26,480 bases of DNA from Promethearchaeota archaeon (GCA_008080735.1 SHMW01000066.1:1-26480); one strand, 5' to 3'. Counted from the first letter of the stretch, positions 16,827-26,480 are shown. Numbers and translations: made by a program. Notes: generated by a model from the sequence alone, not told the origin.

Positions 16827-17750
16827 ATGAACGATTTTAAAATATCTGATTTTATCGATGATTTTCTTATAGCGAAAGAGGTTGAAGAAGGTTGTCGTCC
16901 TTCAACAATTCGAGCTTATAGATATGATTTAGAGAAATTTATGAAAATTGTTGGAGATGTGGAAATAAATCATAAATTAATGCGTCAAAAAGTGCGCTTT
17001 TTTCTGAAAAAGCTCAAAGATAAAGGATATACCAAACGGTCTATCAGCCGGAAAATCGCTTGTTTACGTTCATTTTTTAAATTTCTTAGTCTAAATGAAT
17101 ACGTTGAAAAAAATCCAATGAATACGATAAAAAGCCCGAAAATTAGAAGTGAAGAAAGCCTACCAAAATTTTTAGATTTGAAAGATATGAAAAAAATCTT
17201 TGAGGATCTTAAGAATCGCAAGAAGTTTAATTCAAAAAAAAGCAAACGCTACTATTTAATGGTAAGGTTGTTATATGCGACAATGGCTAGAGTAAGTGAA
17301 TTATGTAATATTCGAATTCGAGATGTGAATTTCGAGAAGGGATATATACGATTGCGGGGCAAAGGTAATAAAGAAAGAATAGTTCCAGTGGATAAAAAGA
17401 CGCTTTATTTTATTAAGGAACATTTAGATAATAGGCTCGTTTATGAACCAGATGATTTTTTGATCGTAAATACGCGAAATGAGCAACTTCATCCGAGAGT
17501 AGTACAAAATGATATTAATATCATAAAGGAAAAATGCGGATTTCCTGAATCTAAAGATATCACTCCCCATGTCTTTCGGCACACAGGAGCCACACACTTG
17601 CGAAGGTCTGGTATGGATATAAGTGAGCTCCAAGATATTCTTGGGCATTCCTCACCAAATACCACTCGAATATATGCTAAGAATGATATCACGAAACTTA
17701 AGGAGTCTTATAATGTAATGCATCCTCTTAGTAATTCAAGAGAACTCTAA
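16827..17750 (+). CDS. xerA: XerA/XerC/D-type tyrosine recombinase
   Basis: SAM-like N-domain (STIRAYRYDL, SISRKIACLRSFFKFL) and a full catalytic set: R (MARVSE), K (GKGNK), HxxR (HVFRH), LGH, Y (TTRIY). 307 aa, with no IntI-specific insertion. Confidence 0.9.
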   Translation: MNDFKISDFIDDFLIAKEVEEGCRPSTIRAYRYDLEKFMKIVGDVEINHKLMRQKVRFFLKKLKDKGYTKRSISRKIACLRSFFKFLSLNEYVEKNPMNTIKSPKIRSEESLPKFLDLKDMKKIFEDLKNRKKFNSKKSKRYYLMVRLLYATMARVSELCNIRIRDVNFEKGYIRLRGKGNKERIVPVDKKTLYFIKEHLDNRLVYEPDDFLIVNTRNEQLHPRVVQNDINIIKEKCGFPESKDITPHVFRHTGATHLRRSGMDISELQDILGHSSPNTTRIYAKNDITKLKESYNVMHPLSNSREL

Positions 17751-17882
17751 TTATATTATACTTTTTCTATAATGTCTGCTTTATTCTTTAAATTTTATAT
17801 CTAAATCTAATTAAAAGTTTGATTGTTTTAACAAAGACTGGACTAATAAATTATTTTGAACCAAAAGAGATATTTGATAGAT

Positions 17883-18578
17883 ATGGAAAAAATTATTAGA
17901 CTCATCTGTTTAAATGGAAGTCCAAATAAAAATGGGAACACTGCAACTGCTATGGCTTGGGTTGCTGCTGGAGCTGAAGAATTAGGAGCTAAAGTTGAAT
18001 GGCTTCATATAGCTGATCTAGATATTAATTATTGTAAAGGTTGCAATAGTTGTCTTAAAACTGGGAAATGCGTTCTTTCCGATGATTTGCAAATAGTTTT
18101 GGAAAAGATCCGCGATGCCGATGGAGTGATCTCTGGATCGCCAGTTTATGGAGGAAGACCGACTGCTCAGTTAAAGACTTTATTGGATCGTCTTACTTTA
18201 TTGAAACTTTATGCTGGGATTCTTGGAGACGGTTTTAGCGTGGGTGTAGCAACAAGCGGAATAGCCCCGACAAAGAGAGTCGCAAAAGATTCGGCTAATA
18301 TGTTTGGGAAAAGGATAGGTGTGATGGGGATAAAAACCGCGAGTCTTAATGGTGAGTTTACCTCACTTCAAATCAATTCTGATCACAAAAAAAAGAAAAA
18401 TGCAAAAAAATTGGGAAGAAAATTAGTAAAGAAATGTCGGCAAGGAGGGAAAACTTGGTCCTTAAAATCAGCATGGATAGGATTTCTAAGGAAATATTTT
18501 CTAAAACGATTATTAAAGAAAAATAGGGTAAAATTCGCGGGAGTGATCGAAATTTGGAAAGAAAAGGGCTGGTATTAA
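17883..18578 (+). CDS. Flavodoxin-family / iron-sulfur flavoprotein (NADPH-dependent FMN reductase family)
   Basis: GSPNKNGNT, CKGCNSCLKTGKC and GSPVY motifs. ATG at 17883 preferred over TTG at 17856. Confidence 0.9.
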   Translation: MEKIIRLICLNGSPNKNGNTATAMAWVAAGAEELGAKVEWLHIADLDINYCKGCNSCLKTGKCVLSDDLQIVLEKIRDADGVISGSPVYGGRPTAQLKTLLDRLTLLKLYAGILGDGFSVGVATSGIAPTKRVAKDSANMFGKRIGVMGIKTASLNGEFTSLQINSDHKKKKNAKKLGRKLVKKCRQGGKTWSLKSAWIGFLRKYFLKRLLKKNRVKFAGVIEIWKEKGWY

Positions 18579-18736
18579 GAAGCGCTAAAATTATTTAAAT
18601 TTCAAGAAGGATAATTTACTGAATGCTTAAATTTCTAAACATTTGATACATTATTATTAAACAATAATATAAGAAAATTTAAGTTAGAGAGTTCTATATT
18701 AAAATAAACCCGAATAAGAACAAACTATGCGTTTTT

Positions 18737-19927
18737 ATGGATGAGAATAAATTTCGCGCGGAATTTAGTAAAAAATCAGTATTCCGACAAGCTAGCTCGT
18801 TAGATTTTAGTTATGTGCCCGACACACTTTATTGCCGTGATGAGACTATCAAAGAATTGATACATAACTTCCGAAGAATCATTGAGGAGGACATGCAACC
18901 CACAATCAATATTCTAATCACCGGAAAAGGAGGTGTGGGTAAAACGGTCACGGCACGCTATTTTGGAAAGAACTTCCGCACGATCGCATTGGAAAATAAT
19001 GTGAAAATTTTCATAGAATATTTCAATTGCATCAATTTTCGCTCTAAGAGTAAAATAATTCGTGAGCTCTTGGCGAAATATACTCATGGTTCGGGAAGAG
19101 GGTTTTCAGATGATGAGGCAATTAAATTAATTTTATCCAAGCTCATTCGGGATAAAGGCTATATATTACTTATTATTGATGAGATACATCTACTGAAACC
19201 AAAAGAGGTTTGGGCTCTATTAGACATTGCAGAATCCTATGGCCATCAAAACGCGAAATTATCTATCTTGCTTATTTCAAGAACAAAAGATTGGATGCGG
19301 ATTGAAACAGAAAGGATTCTTAGCAGGCTAAATTCAAAAATAAAATTAAGTCCTTATAACTATGAAGAATCCTTAAAAATTCTAAAATACCGCACTGAAA
19401 TCGCATTTAAAGATGGTGTGATAAGTGATGATATTGTTGAGATGATTGCCCAAATAGTCGTACAACATGGGAATATGAGACATGGGATTGAAATTCTTCG
19501 AAAATGTGGGCTATATTCAGATAAAGAGGGATTTGATCACATTACAGCAGATATGGTACGAGAAGCCTCAGATCAAGTATATCCAACATTCCGAGGAGAT
19601 ATAGTAGATAAATTGAATGATCAGGAGCTATTTGCACTTTATGGTATTGCCCAATCTCTATTAACCAGGGAGGAGCCCTACACGATTGTAGATGACGCGT
19701 TTGAACAGTATAATATCATATGTGAGACGTATGATATGGATTCTCATGTTAAAATGTCATTTAGGAAATATGTGCGCCAACTGGATGAGTTAAAAATCAT
19801 CGCGACCAAAACTGTACGAATTAATGAAAATAAACGAGGAAGGCACCTTGAGATTACGATGCTAGATATCCCTCCAAAAAAATTGTTGGAATTATTAGAT
19901 AATATCTTCGAGAAAAAATTCCAATAG
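18737..19927 (+). CDS. cdc6: Orc1/Cdc6 family replication initiator
   Basis: LDFSYVPDTLYCRD, Walker A GKGGVGKT, Walker B LLIIDE, PY...IL..R, G(N)MR sensor 2, and a C-terminal winged helix with RGR. Confidence 0.93.
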   Translation: MDENKFRAEFSKKSVFRQASSLDFSYVPDTLYCRDETIKELIHNFRRIIEEDMQPTINILITGKGGVGKTVTARYFGKNFRTIALENNVKIFIEYFNCINFRSKSKIIRELLAKYTHGSGRGFSDDEAIKLILSKLIRDKGYILLIIDEIHLLKPKEVWALLDIAESYGHQNAKLSILLISRTKDWMRIETERILSRLNSKIKLSPYNYEESLKILKYRTEIAFKDGVISDDIVEMIAQIVVQHGNMRHGIEILRKCGLYSDKEGFDHITADMVREASDQVYPTFRGDIVDKLNDQELFALYGIAQSLLTREEPYTIVDDAFEQYNIICETYDMDSHVKMSFRKYVRQLDELKIIATKTVRINENKRGRHLEITMLDIPPKKLLELLDNIFEKKFQ

Positions 19928-20028
19928 AGGGTTAGTAGAAAGGGATCCTTCATACTCTAAATTAAAAAATTTCTATAAACTGATTTGAACTGACTTAATC
20001 TCCAAACAAGAAAAATTCCATGTGAGAA

Positions 20029-20262
20029 TTAATATCTTTCCTTATCAGACTTCGATTTACTATACCAATCTAACCAATCTTTTTTTCGCTGTTTTTTCTT
20101 TTCTGATTCATCAGCTTCGCTTAAATTCTGTTCCTTGATTTTCTTCCAGTAATTATCTAGTTCGTATCTTGTGAGAGATAAGCCACAAGAATTACAGACC
20201 ATCGATTTTAGATTAGGATTATATGTCATCTTCCCAGCACATTCAGGACATCTATGAGGCAT
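20029..20262 (-). CDS. Small Zn-ribbon protein
   Basis: CPECAG...CNSCG followed by a charged helical tail. Confidence 0.8.
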   Translation of the reverse strand: MPHRCPECAGKMTYNPNLKSMVCNSCGLSLTRYELDNYWKKIKEQNLSEADESEKKKQRKKDWLDWYSKSKSDKERY

Positions 20263-20346
20263 TTGTTTAAATTATTATTATTATTTTTAGTTAATTAAGA
20301 TAAAAATTTAATTTTTATTATTACTTTTTGTATATTAAGATAAAAT

Positions 20347-20937
20347 ATGTTCAATTTAAAAGAATTCAAAATTAATAAATATATTATCTTAAAGCTTGAA
20401 AACGGAATCACTAATATTTATATTAATGGAAAATTCTTTCGAAAGTGTAAATCCTTATTATTTGAAATCTATCCAAAAAACTTTAATAAATATAATTCGG
20501 TAAACTCTATTGATGAAGCCCTATCAATATATGGAAATGAAGAAAGAAAAAAAATAGTTGAGCTGGAACCCGAAACAGAATTTTGGGGGCATTTACTTCA
20601 TTCAAATCTATCCTTTCCTTTATTAAAGGAGTTATATAAGTGTGGGGACATTAAAGCTAGAAAACAATTTATTGAAGAGATAATTTCAAGACTGAAATCG
20701 AATTATTTACCCGTAAAAAAATACCTAATGTTAGGGGAATTCCTAACGGTTTTTAATGTAGAAGAAATTAATCAACTCTTTCAAGACGATCAAATAGGGT
20801 TTCTTAATATTCTAATAGATATAATAGAAGTAGAAATTAAAAATGCCATAAAAAAAGATAATTCTGCTATAGAAATTATTCCCTTGTTGGAAAAATTAAA
20901 AAAGGAGTCTAGGAAATGGAAAATTGCTAAGATATAG
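20347..20937 (+). CDS. Hypothetical protein of an expanded Lokiarchaeia family (often N-terminal to LRR domains)
   Basis: EFKINKYIILKLENGITNIYING, SIDEA, PETEFWGH, LLHSNLSFPLLKEL and GD..A...F.EEI patterns, recognised from memory of Loki proteins. Confidence 0.65.
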   Translation: MFNLKEFKINKYIILKLENGITNIYINGKFFRKCKSLLFEIYPKNFNKYNSVNSIDEALSIYGNEERKKIVELEPETEFWGHLLHSNLSFPLLKELYKCGDIKARKQFIEEIISRLKSNYLPVKKYLMLGEFLTVFNVEEINQLFQDDQIGFLNILIDIIEVEIKNAIKKDNSAIEIIPLLEKLKKESRKWKIAKI

Positions 20938-20968
20938 TTTAGAACTATTTATTTGATGTGGTATAATT

Positions 20969-22180
20969 ATGAAATCAGATGTATATTATTTATCAGCACG
21001 GGCAAGTCAATATCAGCAGAGTATGTCTCGTTTTAAAGGACCATTGGCACTGAAGCAGATTGGGGTTGAAAACAAAATAAAAACCCACGATAAAGTCGTT
21101 ATCAAAACCCATTTCGGTGCTTTAGAAAATACCCGGTATATCCGACCAAGTTATATCAGGTTTTTATGCGATTATGTGAAAAGTTTAGGTGGATATCCCG
21201 CTGTTGCAGAATCTTGTGGTTGGGGGATACCGGGAGCAACGGGAGAATATGGTGGAAGAGCGAATGAAGAGGAATATTTAGAAGTAGCATTAAAGCACGG
21301 ATTCACTGCAGAAACTATGGGAGCCCCTATATTTATGCTTGATGGTCCAGAAGGACTTGATTATATTCTCCACAATTTTGGTGGAAGATATTTCGATGAA
21401 GTTAGAGTCGCGGGAAGATTACGGGAATATGACTACATGATTTTGGCATCTCATTTCAAAGGTCATTCTAGTGCGGGATTTGGTGGAGCAATTAAAAATC
21501 TAGGAATTGGATGTGTGGCAAAAGGGGGAAAAGTAGAAGCCCACACGGGTAAAACCTTCGAATTTGATTTTGACAAATGCCCTCTTGATTGTAATGCATG
21601 TATAGAAATATGTCCAACAGGGGCACTCCAGCGAAATAAAAATAATAAAATGGAATTCTATGAAGGAAAATGCCGATATTGTTATATGTGTAAATCAGTA
21701 TGCAAACATAAAGCTGTAGACATTGGGACTGTGCCTCGGGAACAATTTATATATCAAATGGTTGACAATGCCAAAGGTGTTGTAGACTATTTTGATAATG
21801 ACCGCATTTTTTATATCAATTATGCAATTGATATAACTTGGCAATGTGATTGTTCTGGGAGTTCAGATGTGCCCTTCGTCAGCGATATTGGGATACTTTC
21901 TAGTAAAGATCCAGTCGCCCTTGATCAAGCGTGTGTCGATTTGACTCATAAATCCTATATGAATCAAAATTCGATTCTTGGGGAGATTAACTCATTAAAT
22001 TCTTCTGAAAAGGACACATGGTTCTCATATATTCCTCGTTATGAGGGAGATGAGCTCTCTTTAAATAAGAAAGGAATCTCCTCCGATCATTGGAAAATTC
22101 AGTTAGAAGCTGCAGAGAAGATAGGACTTGGCATGCGTGAATATAAGTTAATACCAGTAGAAGTTGAATTAGAAGAATAA
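20969..22180 (+). CDS. DUF362 Fe-S protein with a 2x[4Fe-4S] ferredoxin insert
   Basis: IKTHFG, SHFKGH..AGFGGAIKNLGIGC, CNACIEICP and CRYCYMCKSVC, CDC, and DPVALDQAC. Confidence 0.9.
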   Translation: MKSDVYYLSARASQYQQSMSRFKGPLALKQIGVENKIKTHDKVVIKTHFGALENTRYIRPSYIRFLCDYVKSLGGYPAVAESCGWGIPGATGEYGGRANEEEYLEVALKHGFTAETMGAPIFMLDGPEGLDYILHNFGGRYFDEVRVAGRLREYDYMILASHFKGHSSAGFGGAIKNLGIGCVAKGGKVEAHTGKTFEFDFDKCPLDCNACIEICPTGALQRNKNNKMEFYEGKCRYCYMCKSVCKHKAVDIGTVPREQFIYQMVDNAKGVVDYFDNDRIFYINYAIDITWQCDCSGSSDVPFVSDIGILSSKDPVALDQACVDLTHKSYMNQNSILGEINSLNSSEKDTWFSYIPRYEGDELSLNKKGISSDHWKIQLEAAEKIGLGMREYKLIPVEVELEE

Positions 22181-22218
22181 ATTCATTTTTTTTTCCAATA
22201 TTATGAATATGAATTAAT

Positions 22219-23550
22219 TTAAGAGGAAACATTCAATTTTGAGAAGGCAATATAAGGCAAATAACTATTTCCTGAGAACTCTCTTTCTTTTGAAATATAT
22301 TCACAATTTTTAATCATATCTAATACATTCCCGCTTAGGTTTCCTCCCTTTATTGGAGTTCCAAGGGCACCATCCTTAATGTAATTTCCATTTCTAATTT
22401 CAGTTCCAAAAAAACCCGAATATTTGTCCGGATTTAACCAAGAACATTTTTGGATGAGATAACCCTCTTTAATATTTGAAATGATCTCGTTTAATGATAA
22501 TTTTCCCGGTAAAATCTCCATGTTAGTTACTGTGTTTTCGATTGTTCCATTGGAGGTTCTAATACCATTTCCTGTCGATTGAGTTTTTTCGAGAATTGCA
22601 TACTTTTGATCATATAAACGATTTTCAAAAATTCCATTATTTATGATTACAGTTCTTTTTTGTGGATTTCCCTCTCCATCCCATGGACTTGTCCTCAAGC
22701 CACCATCCAATAAACCATTATCTATAATTTTTATCTTCGAATCTGCCACTTTTTCTGATCTTTTGAAAAAGGATTGTTCTTCGTAAGAAGCTTTTCCCGA
22801 AGCATGAAATCCAATCACGGGAATTAGCGCATCCTTCAATAAACTTGGAGAAAATATAACAATGGCATTATTATTTGATTTAGGCTTTACGGCGTTGATA
22901 CTTGCCAAGGCAAATTTATTCCATTTATCTAATCTTTGTTCTATTTTGACATCAGAAAAACTTCTAATATAATCCACATCCCAGAATTCTGATAACTTTT
23001 TATCTTGTTTAGCTTTAATAGCAAACTCTAAGTAAAAATATGATCTTTTAGTATCTAAATTCAACCCTGTTGAATTATTTAAGAATTTATGATCAATATG
23101 TATTCTAATCCTTCCGAATGTGGGTGTTGTTTTCTTAAATTCAGATAATTTCCTCTTGATTTTGTCAGTTAACTTCTGAATTACAATTGAGGGATTTTTC
23201 AACACTTCATTAGAATTTGGTTGTATTTCAGAATATGATTGAGGAGAAGGGAAAGAATAGTCTGAGCTTTCGTTAATTTGCGATAATTTTATACAATTAT
23301 CCACCATCTGACTTATTCTATTCTCCTCTAACTTGTTTCCTTTAGCTATTCCCATTCCCGATGTTTCATCTTTTTGATCTAATAACCGGATAAAATAATC
23401 CAAATCATTAACTTGTCTTTCTGAGGCTACTTTTGCGTTTCTGAATTCTATTTCATAAATTTCTGATTCTATTAAATAAATTTCATAATCCGAAATCCCT
23501 TTAGATTTGATTACTTTTTCAATTAACTCTAACTTTTCATAATCCTTCAT
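22219..23550 (-). CDS. pmbA: TldE/PmbA family protein
   Basis: PWDGEG, STGNGIR and GGNLSGNV motifs, no HExxH, directly downstream of tldD. Confidence 0.88.
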   Translation of the reverse strand: MKDYEKLELIEKVIKSKGISDYEIYLIESEIYEIEFRNAKVASERQVNDLDYFIRLLDQKDETSGMGIAKGNKLEENRISQMVDNCIKLSQINESSDYSFPSPQSYSEIQPNSNEVLKNPSIVIQKLTDKIKRKLSEFKKTTPTFGRIRIHIDHKFLNNSTGLNLDTKRSYFYLEFAIKAKQDKKLSEFWDVDYIRSFSDVKIEQRLDKWNKFALASINAVKPKSNNNAIVIFSPSLLKDALIPVIGFHASGKASYEEQSFFKRSEKVADSKIKIIDNGLLDGGLRTSPWDGEGNPQKRTVIINNGIFENRLYDQKYAILEKTQSTGNGIRTSNGTIENTVTNMEILPGKLSLNEIISNIKEGYLIQKCSWLNPDKYSGFFGTEIRNGNYIKDGALGTPIKGGNLSGNVLDMIKNCEYISKEREFSGNSYLPYIAFSKLNVSS

Positions 23551-23593
23551 CTATATTCTCCTCACATTTTTTTTTGAAAGCTTGAGATTTTAA

Positions 23594-24970
23594 TCAACCC
23601 GGGCTTATGAGAGCATTTTTTACTCTTATATAACTTCCTCCACTTGTGACGGGAACAAAATCTTCATAACCTTTTCCACAAGTTCCAGGTTTCAATTTCC
23701 TCTTATCATTACTTATCGCATCAATATTTTTCAACAATTTTAAAACTGAACCACTCAATGTAATCGCTTTTAATAATTTGGATTTTTTTCCATTTTCTAT
23801 GAGATACCCTTTTTTCGAAGTTACTTGTAAACCTCCTCCGAGAGGATCTTCCATTCCAAAATAACCTCGATTTAATAATACACCTTTATCGATTTCAGAA
23901 ATCATCTCCTCTAAATTATAATCCCCTGGAGCAAAATACGTATTACTCATTCGCACATTGACAGGATGAGCAAAACTTTCTCTTCTCCCATTTCCTTTTG
24001 GTTCCTCACCTAATTCTGAGGCTGTGATTCTATTGTGAATGAAATTTTTAAGAACTCCATTTTCTACTAAAACGTTCTCTTGGGCTTTTATACCCTCATC
24101 ATCGAAAAAGTAGGATCCGTATTGTGATGAAATTGAGGGATTATCATAGATATTGGATATTTTTGACGCAACTTGCTTGTTCAGTAAATGTTTCAAATAA
24201 CTTCTTTCTCGTAGAATCTGATCTGCTTCTAAACCATGCCCAAAAGATTCATGTGCTATCAAGCCCGCCATGTCGGGATCAAGAATTATAGGAAAACGCC
24301 CTGATGGAGGATTTTCTGCTTTTAACATATCCAATGAATTTTGAGCGACTTCATCCAATCGATCTTCAATTTCGTTAAAAATTTCAAAACCCATCTCACC
24401 CCCAAAAGAGGCATAATCAAAATCCGTTCTACCTTCTTCCTTTGCTATAGGCTGAATAAAAAGTCTACATCTGGGAATTACTTGCCTTAATTGACTTCCT
24501 TCATTATTTACAAATAATCGCGTCGTATTTAATTCAGAATACCCTATGATTGGATCAATCCTTTCATCAAATCTTTTAAGATAATCAAAAATAGAACGTA
24601 TTTTATCTATTTTTTGTTTTATGGGAATTTCTTCTGGATTAAAAGCGACTTTCACTTCTTTGTTAAATTCCCATCCATTTCTTATATCTAATTTGTTATT
24701 TTTGTTTTTAACTCTTGGGAGATGTTTTTTTATTAATTCTATATCTGATATATTAGTAATGGCAAATTCTATCCACTTGTCAATATACGTTCTAGCCACA
24801 ATACCCGATTTGTTATCACTTATGGAAGTTGATTCCTCAGAAGGTGTTTTCTTGATACTTAACGAAGAGATAGAATCATACAATATATCAAAATATTGAT
24901 TTTCTCTTCGATATTCTTGGGCAATTTCATTAAGTATTAAGAATAATCTTTCATAGGATTTTTGTTCCAT
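23594..24970 (-). CDS. tldD: TldD metalloprotease
   Basis: HESFGHGLEAD, FDDEG, GNGRRES, RMSNTY and GTCGKG motifs. ATG at 24970 preferred over the 24982 start. Confidence 0.93.
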   Translation of the reverse strand: MEQKSYERLFLILNEIAQEYRRENQYFDILYDSISSLSIKKTPSEESTSISDNKSGIVARTYIDKWIEFAITNISDIELIKKHLPRVKNKNNKLDIRNGWEFNKEVKVAFNPEEIPIKQKIDKIRSIFDYLKRFDERIDPIIGYSELNTTRLFVNNEGSQLRQVIPRCRLFIQPIAKEEGRTDFDYASFGGEMGFEIFNEIEDRLDEVAQNSLDMLKAENPPSGRFPIILDPDMAGLIAHESFGHGLEADQILRERSYLKHLLNKQVASKISNIYDNPSISSQYGSYFFDDEGIKAQENVLVENGVLKNFIHNRITASELGEEPKGNGRRESFAHPVNVRMSNTYFAPGDYNLEEMISEIDKGVLLNRGYFGMEDPLGGGLQVTSKKGYLIENGKKSKLLKAITLSGSVLKLLKNIDAISNDKRKLKPGTCGKGYEDFVPVTSGGSYIRVKNALISPG

Positions 24971-25116
24971 AAAATAAATCACTTAAATCATTATTTGCTT
25001 TTTTTTGATTGTATTTTTTATATTAACTATATTTTTATGGGCAATTTAAAGTTCATTTCTCTAAATAATAAAATTTCCTTGAAAAAATTTCCTAAAAGAA
25101 TTACTTGATATTCGTT

Positions 25117-26001
25117 TTATTTATTTTCTTCGAGTTTTGAGATACGCTTTTCTAAAAATGTTATAGTTTCAATTAAATTATTTATCTTCTTGTTATTTTT
25201 AAGGATTTCGTCTTCTAAGGATGAAATTTTTTCCAATGCCCAATCTATTGTATCGGATTCTTCATTTGGCTTTATCAACCAATTAAAGAGATTAGTAATG
25301 AATTTTCTATTTTCCAGCTTATTTATCCCGAAATTAGGATCTTTTGAAAATATATCAATATCACCCAATGCCACTACTTTTCCTTTACCAAAGATGGTGC
25401 ATGCTGAGACGGTATAGGTAGTTTTCTTAACCTCCCTATCCCAGTCGTTTATTGAGGAATTATATTTTTCCGCCCACCCATTATCATTTAAGGATAATAA
25501 AATTGTCGCATTACCCTTTATTAGTAAAGAACAAGAGCCACCTATAACAACTTCTCTTAATTGTGTTGTAATCTCATGATCAGAAAAAGATGTAATTTTA
25601 ATGATGTTTGAAGAATTATTATCTGATGGATCTCTTTCTTTCAAAATATTTTTTTCGAAAAAAATATTGAAATATTTACCCGATATATCATTTATATTTG
25701 TTTTTTGGAGAGCATCTCCACCATATTCACTAATTAATAATAAAGATCCTCCATGCTTTACAAAATTTATGATATTAACAATTTCCTTAGTAGAAAAAAA
25801 ATCATTTATAGGGTTGCCAATTACCAATACATCAATTTCCCTCAAAACTTTTTTAGTGATATCAGAACTTTCATTTTTAACAAGATCTTGATTTAAGGTA
25901 TCTAATAAGCTTAAAAATTCAGAATATTCAGCCTCAGAGAAATTAAGCATCTCATTATGAGCTAAATCAAATAGAATTTTTTTTTTTTTTGAATATGGCA
26001 T
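25117..26001 (-). CDS. GldG/IFT52 (GIFT, DUF4350-like) domain protein with a C-terminal coiled coil
   Basis: ILFDLAHNE, DVLVIGNP, FVKHGGSLLLISE, GKGKVVALGD..IF and N..FITNLFNWL, followed by a heptad-like tail. Confidence 0.72.
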   Translation of the reverse strand: MPYSKKKKILFDLAHNEMLNFSEAEYSEFLSLLDTLNQDLVKNESSDITKKVLREIDVLVIGNPINDFFSTKEIVNIINFVKHGGSLLLISEYGGDALQKTNINDISGKYFNIFFEKNILKERDPSDNNSSNIIKITSFSDHEITTQLREVVIGGSCSLLIKGNATILLSLNDNGWAEKYNSSINDWDREVKKTTYTVSACTIFGKGKVVALGDIDIFSKDPNFGINKLENRKFITNLFNWLIKPNEESDTIDWALEKISSLEDEILKNNKKINNLIETITFLEKRISKLEENK

Positions 26002-26147
26002 TACTAAAAATATCTACTAATATTTATCAATTTAAAGAAAAAGCAAATATAAAAATGATTCTATCGTAAATAGAGAATTTGAGGCTCAAAATCTTATCAT
26101 TGCTCAAAGGTTATTTTTAATTTTAATAAATAATATTTATAGTTATA

Positions 26148-26480
26148 ATGAAGTTTAAGGAGTTCAAAGCAATCTTCAAGTTACTGATTTCTCAAAGATC
26201 CATTAGAATTGCTTTTGTGATTAATTTTGTATTTTTTGTTATTGGTATTATGTCTTTCATCGTACAATCTTTTATACCTGGAATCGGAAATGATTTCAGC
26301 GTTTATTATAAAGCGGGACAGATAGTGTTATACGATATTGAAAATTTGTATAATTACTCTTTATATCCTCAAGTATTTCGTTATTTGCCCTCTATTGCGT
26401 ATTTATTCTCAATAATGACTATTTTTCCAGAACTCATTTCCTTTTTAATTTTTGAAACTTTTTTATTTTTGATAAATATT
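26148..26480 (+). CDS. GT87/DUF2029-like membrane glycosyltransferase, partial (runs off the window)
   Basis: Manual translation MKFKEFK..., one TM segment, then NDFSVYYKAG...LY...FRYLP. Confidence 0.75.
   Translation, partial: MKFKEFKAIFKLLISQRSIRIAFVINFVFFVIGIMSFIVQSFIPGIGNDFSVYYKAGQIVLYDIENLYNYSLYPQVFRYLPSIAYLFSIMTIFPELISFLIFETFLFLINI

Noticed and set aside
12431-17750. Classical integron (IntI plus attC cassettes)
   Set aside because: The recombinase lacks the IntI-specific insertion, and the inter-module motifs have no RYYYAAC/GTTRRRY ends or attC-like hairpin.
17795-17805. TTATATCTAAA, identical to a recalled Thermococcales dif arm, downstream of xerA
   Set aside because: There is no partner arm at 6-bp spacing. 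It is AT-rich and equally explained as a TATA-like box; the same applies to 14241-14251.
18579-18736. Replication origin next to cdc6
   Set aside because: AT-rich, but no recognisable ORB or mini-ORB repeats upstream or downstream.
1330-25891. Other short antisense ORFs (1330, 10310, 10889, 12513, 15955, 16985, 17424, 17489, 19744, 21987, 24621, 25190, 25601)
   Set aside because: They lie opposite well-supported genes and show no recognisable motifs.

Overview
AT-rich archaeal chromosomal window, most likely Asgard/Lokiarchaeia. This is inferred from an archaeal type-A RNase P RNA, an Orc1/Cdc6 gene, a XerA-type recombinase and a Loki-type hypothetical family. Most of the window is housekeeping or metabolic: MFS transporters, a K+-independent membrane pyrophosphatase, a CoA-transferase pair, a thioredoxin reductase-like gene, TldD/PmbA, DUF362 and GT87. 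The notable part is a ~4.4-kb island (12316-16789) bounded by a 41-bp direct repeat with dif-like architecture. It lies between trxB and a Xer-type recombinase gene, which sits outside the repeats and ~40 bp from the right copy. All island genes run on the minus strand, divergent from xer, and the modules are separated by three copies of a G-rich motif (GGGGGCACCACRRGGGAGGGAG-like). The cargo is two PIN toxin-antitoxin pairs, a 5'-decayed gene fusing a Ser-His signal-peptidase-like (S26) domain to a Zn-ribbon plus restriction-endonuclease-like domain, a candidate immunity gene, and a decayed second copy of that gene's 3' end. Working hypothesis: a Xer/dif-targeted, cassette-like island carrying a self-processing polymorphic nuclease toxin. 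All calls come from reading motifs by eye; no searches were run.
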